DNA from: an uncultured Bacteroidales bacterium
GTDB taxonomy: Bacteria > Bacteroidota > Bacteroidia > Bacteroidales > JAGOPY01
NCBI GenBank assembly: GCA_964567785.1
Contig: CAZMOK010000009.1
Coordinates: 224 to 64,223, forward strand
Direction: 5' to 3'
DNA length: 64,000 nt
The translations under genes were made by a program, and so were the position numbers. The notes under the pieces are model-generated. The model was given only the letters and a program-made list of their open reading frames with translations, was not told the DNA's origin and ran no database searches. Below are positions 24,905 to 34,387 of the stretch, one piece after another (position 1 is the stretch's first letter; the number at the start of each line of letters is the position of its first letter).

Positions 24905-27862
24905 TCAGAACTCTGAATTATTATTAAGTGCGTTGTGCAGGATTTCCACCGGGTGATAGGAGCGCCGGCCGGTGCCATCGCTGATCTGGTGCCTGCAACT
25001 CGTTCCCGGCGCTGCTATTACAACTTCATCCGGTGTTTTTCTCACCTCGGGAAACAACACCAGTTCTCCCACTTTCATTGAAACATCATAATGTTCCTTT
25101 TCATACCCGAACGACCCTGCCATACCGCAGCATCCCGAAGGGATCTCCTCAACAGTGTAATTTTCAGGGAAAGAAAGCATTTTAATTGTCGGGTCCGTTG
25201 AAGCAAGGGCCTTCTGGTGGCAATGGCCGTGAAGTTTTATTTTTAAGGATGATGAGGTGAATTGATCTTTTTTGATTTTGCCCTCCTTCATCTCCCTGGC
25301 CAGGAATTCATCGATCATGAAACAGGAATTGCCCAATTTTAAAGCTTCAACCTTAAGACTTTCATCAACAAGTTCCGGATACTCATCCCTGAAGGTAAGG
25401 ATTGCCGAGGGTTCTATTCCTATCAATGGAGTATCAGGGCCAATAATTTCCTTTAATCCATTTATGTTTTCAATGGCAATGGTCTTTGCCTTTTTCAGCA
25501 TCCCTTTCGAAAGGAAAGTCCTGCCGCTTTCTTTTACTGAAGGTATGATCACTTTATAGCCAAGCGTTACAAGCAGGTGGTATGCCTTTATCCCAATATC
25601 AGTATCGTTGTATTCAGTGAATTCATCCGGGAAAAGATATACAGTGCCGGTTGGGGTTGTTGTGCCGTTCTGCGCTCTCTTCTTGTTGACCCATTTTGTG
25701 AAGGGCTGCGAAGAAAGCTTTGGGATACTCCGTTTTGAAGCAAATCCGAGTGTGCTTTTAAATATCCCCGAAGTAATGATGTTTCCGGTAAAGAAATTAT
25801 AGACGGCCGGCGCTATTGAACCCAGCCTGTTTAATGCCGTAATGTGTGCAATGGCTTTGGTCCTGAGAGGAATCCCATTGTCATCATAATAATGCTGCAG
25901 GAATTCGGCCTTATATTTTGCAATATCGACATTGGAAGGGCACTCTGACTTGCAGCCTTTGCACGATAGGCACAGGTCCATTACATCGCAGATCTCTTTG
26001 TGATCAAACGGATTGGATTTGGTTGATTTCGTCAGGAACTCCCTCAGAATATTTGCCCGGGCACGGGTTGTAGTATCCTCGTCCCTGGTTGCCATATAAC
26101 TTGGGCACATAGTGCCTCCAGATACCTCGGTCTTACGGCAGTCGCCCGAGCCGTTGCACCTTTCAGCGGCCCTGAGGATGCCCATTTCCGCAGAAAAATC
26201 AAAATAAGTGTCAATTGTCTTTTCCTCCCTGCCCGGTTCGTACCTCAGGCTGGTATTCATGGGCGGGGTGTCGACAATCTTTCCGGGATTGAAGATGTTG
26301 GCAGGGTCCCAGGTATTTTTGATCTCCTTCAGCAGGTTATAATTCCTTTCACCTACCATCAGTGGGATAAACTCACCTCTTAACCTGCCGTCACCATGCT
26401 CACCACTCAGCGAACCATTGTATTTTTTTACCAGCAGGGCAATTTCATGGGCTACCGTCCGGAAAAGTTCAACATCTCCCGGGTCTTTCAGGTTGAGTAT
26501 CGGCCTCAGGTGAAGCTCGCCGGTGGCAATATGGGCATGATATACACATTCAAGGTTAAGTTTCTCAAGTATCTTTTTGAAGTCTGCAATATAACCGGGA
26601 AGTTTTTCGGGGCTTACGGCCGTGTCTTCTATCACGGAAACCGGCTTTGCATCGCCCGGCATATTGGACAGGACCCCGAGTCCGGATTTCCTGAGCGCCC
26701 ATACTTTACTGATATCGTTGCCCTTAATAACAGGGTAGTGGTACCCGAGCCCTTTCTTTCTGAGATCTGCTTCAAGGTTTTCAGCGGCAGCGTCGATCTC
26801 TTCCGCAGAGTCTCTTGCAAATTCTATAATTAGGATCGCACCCGGATCGCCCTTGATGAAGAAGCGGTTTTTACGCTGTTCTATATTATCTTTTGTGAGT
26901 TCGAGGATCCGGTCGTCCATCAGCTCGACGGCTCCAGGCTTGTGTTTCAGTGCCACAAGGTTTCCCTGAAGTGCATCCTCAAGTGTTTCAAAATGGGCAC
27001 AGACAAGGGCTTTGTTAACGGGTGGAAGAGGAACAAGGTTCAGCTTTATTTCTGTAAGGAAACCCAGTGTCCCCTCCGAGCCCGCAATGAGTGTCGATAA
27101 ATTGAAAGGCTTTTCGGTACCTGAAAATGGTTCGGTTTCCAGAAGCAGGTCGATGGCATAGCCGGTGTTCCTTCTTTTTATGGAACGGTCAGGATATTCT
27201 CTCCTGATATCATCCTGGTTTTCAGGGTCTGACAACATTGTTCGGGCCTGCCTGTAAATTGATGCCTCCAGGGAATTGCCGCGACCCTTCATTTCAAGTT
27301 CGTGAATGCCTTTCATAGGGCCGAACTCTGCCTCGGAGCCATCACTAAGTACCGTTTTTACAGAGATTACATGGTCCCTGGTGCTTCCATAGATGACCGA
27401 ATGTGCACCACAGGCATTGTTTCCAACCATCCCGCCGATCATACACCTGTTCGAGGTAGAAGTTTCAGGACCGAAGAAAAGCCCGAACCTTTCGAGGTAC
27501 TTGTTGAGTTCGTCGAGGATAACACCTGGCTGTAATCTTACCCATTTTTCCTCCGTGTTTAGCTCGAGTATCCCTGTCATGTAACGGGATATATCGACAA
27601 TGATCCCGCTTCCCACTACCTGGCCGGCCAGGGAGGTGCCTGCTGCCCTGGGGATCAACGGTATACCGTTCTCCACAGCAAAAACCACAAGCTTCCTGAT
27701 ATCTGAAGTGTTTTTGGGCCGGGCAACTGCATCAGGAACCTCCCGGTAGGCTGAAGCATCCACAGAATAAAGCAGCCTGTACTCATCGGATGTGTACAGG
27801 TCCCCTTCAAGCTTTTTTCCAAGCTCTTCCAGTTTCGATTTTATCTGTGGCGCTTCAATCAC
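24905..27862 (-). CDS. FAD-binding plus Fe-S plus CCG-domain oxidoreductase (YdiJ-like, putative D-2-hydroxyacid dehydrogenase)
   Basis: 985 aa. It has an N-terminal FAD-linked oxidase domain (PRAAGTSLAGQVVG). Two ferredoxin-type cysteine clusters are present (CNGSGDCRK..CPS; CLSCKGCKSECPSN). C-terminal cysteine-rich CCG motifs follow (CCGMAGSFG). Confidence 0.85.
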   Translation of the reverse strand: MIEAPQIKSKLEELGKKLEGDLYTSDEYRLLYSVDASAYREVPDAVARPKNTSDIRKLVVFAVENGIPLIPRAAGTSLAGQVVGSGIIVDISRYMTGILELNTEEKWVRLQPGVILDELNKYLERFGLFFGPETSTSNRCMIGGMVGNNACGAHSVIYGSTRDHVISVKTVLSDGSEAEFGPMKGIHELEMKGRGNSLEASIYRQARTMLSDPENQDDIRREYPDRSIKRRNTGYAIDLLLETEPFSGTEKPFNLSTLIAGSEGTLGFLTEIKLNLVPLPPVNKALVCAHFETLEDALQGNLVALKHKPGAVELMDDRILELTKDNIEQRKNRFFIKGDPGAILIIEFARDSAEEIDAAAENLEADLRKKGLGYHYPVIKGNDISKVWALRKSGLGVLSNMPGDAKPVSVIEDTAVSPEKLPGYIADFKKILEKLNLECVYHAHIATGELHLRPILNLKDPGDVELFRTVAHEIALLVKKYNGSLSGEHGDGRLRGEFIPLMVGERNYNLLKEIKNTWDPANIFNPGKIVDTPPMNTSLRYEPGREEKTIDTYFDFSAEMGILRAAERCNGSGDCRKTEVSGGTMCPSYMATRDEDTTTRARANILREFLTKSTKSNPFDHKEICDVMDLCLSCKGCKSECPSNVDIAKYKAEFLQHYYDDNGIPLRTKAIAHITALNRLGSIAPAVYNFFTGNIITSGIFKSTLGFASKRSIPKLSSQPFTKWVNKKRAQNGTTTPTGTVYLFPDEFTEYNDTDIGIKAYHLLVTLGYKVIIPSVKESGRTFLSKGMLKKAKTIAIENINGLKEIIGPDTPLIGIEPSAILTFRDEYPELVDESLKVEALKLGNSCFMIDEFLAREMKEGKIKKDQFTSSSLKIKLHGHCHQKALASTDPTIKMLSFPENYTVEEIPSGCCGMAGSFGYEKEHYDVSMKVGELVLFPEVRKTPDEVVIAAPGTSCRHQISDGTGRRSYHPVEILHNALNNNSEF

Positions 27863-28668
27863 TGCTTTTTATAATAATTAGTGCTTTCGAAGATCTTGTC
27901 GGCGCTTTTTGCTATGAAGCCCGAGAAGAGATCTCCGTCCTTGTCAGGATATCGCCTTGCGAATTCATAATAACAACCGGGTACCTCGTAGGTGCCTTCC
28001 CTGAATTCCTTTTTGATTATTCCCGATTTAATGCTCGACTGTTCAAGCAGTTGCTCAGGGGTTCCCTTTATCTCACCGCCGGAATCGTTAAGCCTGAAAC
28101 CGTTGTCTTTGAGGAACTGGTTCACCTTCTCCAGTGAATCAAGCTTTTCCAGATAGTTCACCGAAACTGTAAAATGGTTCGCACAGAAACCGAACACATA
28201 AAGCCATGCAGCATACTCAGACTCCTCCTTCAACTTGTCGTAAACTTCTTTTGAGGGTTTTCCCCATATATTTCCCGAATAGATCAGCTCATCCGATCCA
28301 AGGGTCTCCGAAGAGGCCTTGTCGATTATTGATTTAACTGTTTCCTGCAGATATTCACTGAACTCGGAAGTGATCAACTGGCTGATAAACACCCTGGGTG
28401 CTTTCGGCTGCCCGGGCAACTCAAAGTGTTTTGCAACAAGTTTTTTTGCTTCAAACTTGTACTGCCCTTTTTCTACATAACCACCCTCAATAAAAGGCCT
28501 GGCAAGCACATCTATATTTACCCTGGGGTCGTCATAGGTACGGAAGGCTATATGATCGTTCACTACCTCTTCACCTTCTGATAAAAACAGTTCGTAAACC
28601 TTCTTGACATCGGGATTCTGCTCTGTGTAGATCTTCCAGAGTTTTTGGAAAATAATTTCAGGTTTCAT
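27859..28668 (-). CDS. DUF1338 family protein (HglS/YdcJ-like 2-oxoadipate dioxygenase/decarboxylase)
   Basis: 269 aa. VNDHIAFRT near the N-terminus and overall size match my memory of DUF1338/YdcJ. It overlaps the downstream YdiJ-like gene by 4 nt (ATGA). Confidence 0.7.
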   Translation of the reverse strand: MKPEIIFQKLWKIYTEQNPDVKKVYELFLSEGEEVVNDHIAFRTYDDPRVNIDVLARPFIEGGYVEKGQYKFEAKKLVAKHFELPGQPKAPRVFISQLITSEFSEYLQETVKSIIDKASSETLGSDELIYSGNIWGKPSKEVYDKLKEESEYAAWLYVFGFCANHFTVSVNYLEKLDSLEKVNQFLKDNGFRLNDSGGEIKGTPEQLLEQSSIKSGIIKKEFREGTYEVPGCYYEFARRYPDKDGDLFSGFIAKSADKIFESTNYYKKQ

Positions 28669-28741
28669 TTCTAAAGATTTATGTTATTATTTGTCTTATT
28701 CCAGTATTGGCATCTGTTCATAATTATATAATGTTAAAACC

Positions 28742-29728
28742 TCAGAACATATTGTCGAGGAGAGTTTTCCCCAGCCCTGTTTCATCGGCTGAATGATTGA
28801 GATCCGTAAATAAGCCTGCAACTGAATGCCTGTCGTGATTCACTCCTCTGAGGTTTTTTTCAATCTGTTTCAATTCATTAAAAAAATTACCAGTGCAACT
28901 GATCTCTGCCTCTTCGATCTTACCTTTTTTAACAGTTAACCGGATTACAATGTTTTCTTCCTTATAGTTGAATGAATTATGGAAATTATAATCAGGGGAG
29001 TAACCCATATTCCACAAGGGATCGAGGTACCTTGTTTTTTTCAGCTTTTTGATCCTTTCTGTCTCCCTGTCTTTCCATTCATAGATCATGACAGAAGGGG
29101 AGAGCAGGCCGACAATATGATCAAAGAACTTCTTGCTGAATTCCGCTGTATTCATAGGATCGTTCAGAAGTTGCTTCAGGTTCACCACATGAGTCTTTAT
29201 TGATCTGACCGAACGGTCGTTGTAAAGTGTTTCGTTCCCGGCAATGGAATTCTCCAGGGCTTCAATGTTTGTATTGTACAGCAGGGTACCGTGATGGATA
29301 ACCCTGTTCTTGTATACATGTGCGGCATTGCCCGATATCTTTGCCCCGTTTACCCTGATATTGTTCTTGCCTTCGAAGTGAGCGCTCAGTCCGAGGGATG
29401 CCAGGAAGTCAATTACCGGGGCTGTATATTTTTTAAAGTCGACGAGTTTTCCCGGTTCTCCCGTCGTTATGAATGAGAAGTTGATATTTCCCTGGTCATG
29501 GTAAACAGTGCCGCCACCGGTTATCCTTCTGATGAAAGGGATAGAATGTTCCGAACAATATGCATGGTTGATCTCGCGAGAAGCGTTCTGATGTTTCCCG
29601 ATAATTACCGACCTGTTATTTCTCCATACCATGAAAGCATCGTGGGGAAACTCCCTGAGCATGTATTCCTCGGCTGCCAGGTTGAAATACGGGTCGGTCT
29701 CTTTTCTGTAAATACAATAAAACATCAA
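28742..29728 (-). CDS. lplA: lipoate-protein ligase A
   Basis: DPYFNLAAEEY, RRITGGGTVYHDQGNINFSF and KISGNAAH (catalytic Lys region), with the LplA C-terminal domain. Confidence 0.85.
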   Translation of the reverse strand: MMFYCIYRKETDPYFNLAAEEYMLREFPHDAFMVWRNNRSVIIGKHQNASREINHAYCSEHSIPFIRRITGGGTVYHDQGNINFSFITTGEPGKLVDFKKYTAPVIDFLASLGLSAHFEGKNNIRVNGAKISGNAAHVYKNRVIHHGTLLYNTNIEALENSIAGNETLYNDRSVRSIKTHVVNLKQLLNDPMNTAEFSKKFFDHIVGLLSPSVMIYEWKDRETERIKKLKKTRYLDPLWNMGYSPDYNFHNSFNYKEENIVIRLTVKKGKIEEAEISCTGNFFNELKQIEKNLRGVNHDRHSVAGLFTDLNHSADETGLGKTLLDNMF

Positions 29729-29850
29729 CCAAAAAAAGGGTGTACAAAGCTAAACGGAATTATTCAGTTTTAGCTATATGTTGGCACGATTTCTGAATTC
29801 CGAAAAGCATTATTGATACTTTTGTCTTTTATTTTATTCGAAAAAGAGCA

Positions 29851-30468
29851 ATGAAAAAAATATTTCCATTATTGATTGCGGCCATGATGATGATAACAAG
29901 TTCCTGCAGTGTGCTTGAACAGGCATCAGAGTTGTCGCGTCTTTCCAAGTGTGAGTTCAGGCTGAAGAATATTCAAAACCCAACGCTGGCCGGCATTGAT
30001 ATCTCAAATATAGATTCTGCCGATGATCTTGGCCTGATGGACTATGCCAGGATCACCTCTGCAATAGCTTCAAACGATCTTCCGCTGTCCTTTCTCCTGA
30101 ATGTAGAATCGAGGAATCCCAATACAAAAGTGGCTGCGATGAACAGGATGAGCTGGATACTGTATATAGATGATATCGAGATGACAAGCGGTATGGTAAA
30201 CCAGCGGGTGGAGATACCGCCCAACGGAGGAGCTTCCTCAATTCCGGTAAACATCCATGTAAACCTGATGGAAGCATTGCAAGGTGAATCGGGAGAGGCA
30301 CTTTTGAATTTCGGGTTTAATATCGCAGGGTCAGGTGAAAAGCCCACTCGCATACTGATGAAACTCAAACCGACAATATATGTGGGATCGAACGAAATTG
30401 AATACCCGGGTTATATAAATGTCAGGACTGAGTTTACCTCAGGAAGCACAAACTCTTACGCCTTTTAA
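29851..30468 (+). CDS. lipoprotein, possibly LEA_2/WHy-like
   Basis: Lipobox MMITSSCS. The beta-rich body shows an LEA-14-like pattern (WILYIDDIEMTSG...VEIPPNG). The family assignment is weak. Confidence 0.4.
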   Translation: MKKIFPLLIAAMMMITSSCSVLEQASELSRLSKCEFRLKNIQNPTLAGIDISNIDSADDLGLMDYARITSAIASNDLPLSFLLNVESRNPNTKVAAMNRMSWILYIDDIEMTSGMVNQRVEIPPNGGASSIPVNIHVNLMEALQGESGEALLNFGFNIAGSGEKPTRILMKLKPTIYVGSNEIEYPGYINVRTEFTSGSTNSYAF

Positions 30469-30598
30469 AATGCATTAACTTCAGATATGCCGGTTTGCTC
30501 CGAACAGCTAAGATCCGGATTTTATCAATTGAAAGATTATTTATTTTGTGATGTTTCAAAGGAAAAACATATGTTTGTAGTTGCCAATTTTGATAACT

Positions 30599-31822
30599 AT
30601 GTTATCTAAGGAGAATCTTTTTGTCATCCTCTTTTCTCTGCCTGTTTACCAGATGATCTTTTTCACGGTCCAGTCGGTCTCATTCCGGCTTAAAACCGAC
30701 AGGGCAAGGGTAATGCTGGGGCTCTTGATGCTTTCGATGACCCTGGTACTTGCTGGCAACATAGTGTATTATTTTAAGTATTACGAGACTTTTACAGTTC
30801 TTTACCTGTTTTTCATACCTCTTATACTTACCATTTTACCTTTCTACTATATTTATGCAGAAATTCTGCTGGAGGGCATTGGCAGTGTAAACATCCGGCG
30901 TCTCATTGTTTTGTTATTGCCTTCCGTGATCATTCTTGTGCTGAACCTTATCACATGGCTGCCCCTGACATCTGCCGATAAAATACTGTTTCTTTCAAAT
31001 GGTTTCCGTTCTCCTGAAGGGGGGAACCCGGGCCTGAGAGCGGCAGAGCAGGTTTTCTGGCTTGGCAATGTGGCGCTGCTTGGAGGGCAGCTTGCACTTG
31101 CTGTAATAAGATCCTCCAGTACACTCGTCAGGGCCCGTAAAGTGGCAGATCTTGAGCCTGCCAGACTTCCTTACCTGAAAACAAACTGGATGGTAACTGT
31201 TTTTTCAGCAGTTATTTCTTTCATTTTGATCATCAGTGTGATGAATGTATTGACGCCCGATGGGATCGGGGCTTTTGCTGTTTACAATGTACTGGTCCTT
31301 ATATCCGGCGGCCTGACAGGTTACTACGGGCTTCGACAGGACCGGCTTGAGAAAGAAGTTTCAGTGCTCGTCTCACAAATGGGAAACCACAGGATTCTTA
31401 ATAATGCTAAGCCTGACGCAGCATCAGAAATGCCCGTCGAAGAAGCAAAATTGCAAAACAGGGTACAAAAACTTACACAAAATCAGGAAAAAGTAGCTGT
31501 TGAACTGGAGAGATTGATGGATGAAGAGAAGCTTTATCTCAATGAAAGCATTACCATTTCAGTTCTTGCCAATAAGCTTAGGGTTTCCAAACGTGAATTA
31601 TCCCAGATAATAAACCATGTCAAAGGACAGAACTTTTACGGGATGATCAATGAGTACAGGATCATTGAATCGATGGACCTCATAAAAGATGATGATTTCC
31701 GGCACCTTACCATTGAAGCCATTTCCGAAAAGGTAGGCTTCAGGTCCAAATCCTCTTTCAATGCCTGTTTCAAAAAAGTTACAGGCCTAACCCCCAGGCA
31801 ATACAGGGAGCGGGAAAGCTAG
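30599..31822 (+). CDS. membrane-anchored AraC/XylS-family transcriptional regulator
   Basis: About 7 predicted TM helices, then a C-terminal HTH_18 region (ISVLANKLRVSKRELSQII...IEAISEKVGFRSKSSFNACFKKVTGLTPRQYR). Confidence 0.8.
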   Translation: MLSKENLFVILFSLPVYQMIFFTVQSVSFRLKTDRARVMLGLLMLSMTLVLAGNIVYYFKYYETFTVLYLFFIPLILTILPFYYIYAEILLEGIGSVNIRRLIVLLLPSVIILVLNLITWLPLTSADKILFLSNGFRSPEGGNPGLRAAEQVFWLGNVALLGGQLALAVIRSSSTLVRARKVADLEPARLPYLKTNWMVTVFSAVISFILIISVMNVLTPDGIGAFAVYNVLVLISGGLTGYYGLRQDRLEKEVSVLVSQMGNHRILNNAKPDAASEMPVEEAKLQNRVQKLTQNQEKVAVELERLMDEEKLYLNESITISVLANKLRVSKRELSQIINHVKGQNFYGMINEYRIIESMDLIKDDDFRHLTIEAISEKVGFRSKSSFNACFKKVTGLTPRQYRERES

Positions 31823-31906
31823 GAATTTACATTTTACAATTTACGCTTTACGATTTTCAAAGGAGTTATTGTGGTTTGTTTAGTGTTTAATTATTATTCC
31901 AGGCTC
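31823..31906 (+). repeat. stop-codon-adjacent dispersed repeat, copy A
   Basis: It starts at the base after the TAG. 64 of the first 70 nt are identical, ungapped, to the reverse complement of 35950-36019 (hand count). It is internally heptamer-phased (GAATTTA CATTTTA CAATTTA CGCTTTA CGATTTT ...). Confidence 0.75.
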
Positions 31907-32001
31907 TAATTATAACGCTTCGCGATTTCCGCCTGCCGATCTAGTGATACACCCAAATTATAGGGTCCCTCAATAAGTTATATTTCATAATTTTGTCATG
32001 A

Positions 32002-33444
32002 ATGGAAGGATTTGAAAAGCATTTGCAGAAGCCGGTATTTCAACATCTCTTGAAAGCCGTCGATGAAATTGGGCAACCGGCCTATGTGGTTGGTGGTTAT
32101 GTGCGCGACCTGTTCCTCGGCAGGACCTCACCCGACCTGGATGTTGTTGTTGTGGGAAGCGGGATCGAGCTTGCAAAGAAAATGGCACGGATCATAGGAG
32201 GCGATACACACGTAAATATTTTCAGGAACTTCGGAACAGCCATGATCAGGTTCAAAGACGGCGACACCACCTGGGTCATAGAATTTGTAGGTGCAAGAAA
32301 GGAATCTTACAGGAGGGATTCGAGAAAGCCCATTGTTGAGAACGGGACATTGCAGGACGACCAGAACAGGCGGGATTTTACAATAAATGCAATGGCGATA
32401 AACCTCCAAAAAGAAAACCTGGGAGAGCTTATCGATCCTTTCAATGGCATCCAGGATCTGCATGACAGGCTTATCAGGACGCCTCTTGATCCGGATACGA
32501 CCTATTCTGATGATCCCCTGAGGATGATGAGGGCCGTAAGGTTTGCCACACAATTGAATTTTTTCATAGAGGAAAAGTCGTTCGAGGCTTTAAATAGAAA
32601 TGCAGAGCGTATCCGGATCGTATCCAAGGAGCGCATCAACGACGAACTGGAAAAGGTCATAATGGCAAAGGTGCCTTCTAAGGGCTTCAAGCTGCTTGAC
32701 AAGAGTGGGCTTTTGAAAGAGATCTTTCCTGAGTTCCTCGAGCTCAAAGGGGCTGAATTTATTGATGGCAAGGGACATAAAGATAATTTCTATCACACCC
32801 TCAAGGTACTCGACAATGTTGCTGAAGTAAGTGATAATTACTGGCTCAGGTGGGCAGCGCTGATGCACGATATTGCAAAACCTGTGACAAAGAAGTTCGA
32901 AGAGGGCAACGGCTGGACCTTCCATTCGCATGAGTTCGTGGGGGCCAAAATGGTGCCGAGGATTTTCCGCAGGATGAAGCTCCCGTTGAACGAACACATG
33001 AAATATGTGCAGAAAATGGTATTGCTTCACCTGCGTCCTATAGTCCTGGCGCAGGACGTAGTAACCGACTCGGCCATAAGGAGGTTGCTTTACGAAGCAG
33101 GCGATGATATCGATGACCTGATGGTGCTTTGCGAAGCAGATATCACATCAAAAAATCCTGAAAAGGTCAAAAGGTACCTTAATAATTTCAAGGTCGTTAA
33201 AAAGAAGCTGGTGGAGGTGGAGGAAAAAGACCGCATCCGGAACTGGCAGCCACCCATTTCGGGAGAAGTTATCATGAAGACTTTCGGTATCCCTCCGGGC
33301 CCTGAAGTTGGTGTTATAAAGAACAACATCAGGGAGGCCATCCTCGATGGCGTGATAAGGAACGACTATGATGAGGCCTATCAGCTTATGCTGAAAGAAG
33401 GGGAGAAGCTGGGGCTTCAAGCAAAAAATCCTGAAACTCAATAG
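32002..33444 (+). CDS. CCA-adding enzyme / poly(A) polymerase-family tRNA nucleotidyltransferase with HD domain
   Basis: GGYVRDLFLGRTSPDLDVVV and RRDFTINAM (PolA head domain), with a C-terminal HD (LMHDIAKP). Confidence 0.85.
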   Translation: MEGFEKHLQKPVFQHLLKAVDEIGQPAYVVGGYVRDLFLGRTSPDLDVVVVGSGIELAKKMARIIGGDTHVNIFRNFGTAMIRFKDGDTTWVIEFVGARKESYRRDSRKPIVENGTLQDDQNRRDFTINAMAINLQKENLGELIDPFNGIQDLHDRLIRTPLDPDTTYSDDPLRMMRAVRFATQLNFFIEEKSFEALNRNAERIRIVSKERINDELEKVIMAKVPSKGFKLLDKSGLLKEIFPEFLELKGAEFIDGKGHKDNFYHTLKVLDNVAEVSDNYWLRWAALMHDIAKPVTKKFEEGNGWTFHSHEFVGAKMVPRIFRRMKLPLNEHMKYVQKMVLLHLRPIVLAQDVVTDSAIRRLLYEAGDDIDDLMVLCEADITSKNPEKVKRYLNNFKVVKKKLVEVEEKDRIRNWQPPISGEVIMKTFGIPPGPEVGVIKNNIREAILDGVIRNDYDEAYQLMLKEGEKLGLQAKNPETQ

Positions 33445-34368
33445 TTGTATAAATATTATTCTTTGGATAACAAGCATCTGATAATCATCCTTGGTCCTAC
33501 CGCTTCGGGAAAGACCGGAACAGCCCTGAAAATTGCCGGCCATTTTAACACCGGGATCGTATCGGCCGATTCCAGACAGTTTTACAGGGAAATATCCATC
33601 GGCACTGCCAAGCCCGGTAAGGAACTCCTCTCACAGGTCAAACATTATTTCATCAATTCCCTTTCAATAGAAGAGGAATACAATGTTGCCCGTTTTGAAG
33701 AGGAAGCCCTGAGCATCATTGAAAAGATCCATAAAAGTAATCAAGTAGCTGTAATGGCCGGCGGATCGGGCCTTTACATAGATGCCGTTTGTTATGGGAT
33801 CGATGAGTTTCCCGACGCTGATCAGGAGATAAGGGAAAAGATCAAAAAGGATTTCAGGGAAAAAGGACTGGAACATATACAGGAATGGTTAAAAGAACTT
33901 GATCCTGTTTATTACAGCCGGGTCGACCTGGACAATCCAAACCGCATAAGGAGGGCGCTTGAAGTATGCCTGCAAACCGGAAAGCCCTACTCTGCCCAAA
34001 GACTGAATAAGCAAAAAGACAGGCCTTTCAATATTATTAAGATCGGGCTGGAGCTTCCACGGGAAGAATTGTATGCCGGGATAAATAACAGGGTGGATGA
34101 AATGATTGGAAAAGGATTGGTAGATGAGGCAAAAAGGGTTTATCCACTACGTAATATGAATGCGCTTAATACAGTAGGCTATAAAGAGCTTTTCAGGTAT
34201 TTTGAAGGTGAAATAAGCCTGGACCGGGCCATTGAGGACATAAAAACGAATACACGAAGGTACGCCAAGCGCCAGCTAACATGGTTCTCACGTGACAAGT
34301 CCATAAACTGGTTTCCGGCCGGAGCGGTTGATGAAATAATAAGGTTTTTAGATGAAGTAATAAGTTAA
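33445..34368 (+). CDS. miaA: tRNA dimethylallyltransferase
   Basis: LIIILGPTASGKT P-loop, SADSRQFYREISIGTAKP and TRRYAKRQLTWF. It uses a TTG start abutting the upstream stop. Confidence 0.9.
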   Translation: MYKYYSLDNKHLIIILGPTASGKTGTALKIAGHFNTGIVSADSRQFYREISIGTAKPGKELLSQVKHYFINSLSIEEEYNVARFEEEALSIIEKIHKSNQVAVMAGGSGLYIDAVCYGIDEFPDADQEIREKIKKDFREKGLEHIQEWLKELDPVYYSRVDLDNPNRIRRALEVCLQTGKPYSAQRLNKQKDRPFNIIKIGLELPREELYAGINNRVDEMIGKGLVDEAKRVYPLRNMNALNTVGYKELFRYFEGEISLDRAIEDIKTNTRRYAKRQLTWFSRDKSINWFPAGAVDEIIRFLDEVIS

Positions 34369-34387
34369 GAGTTTAGATATTTACTAT

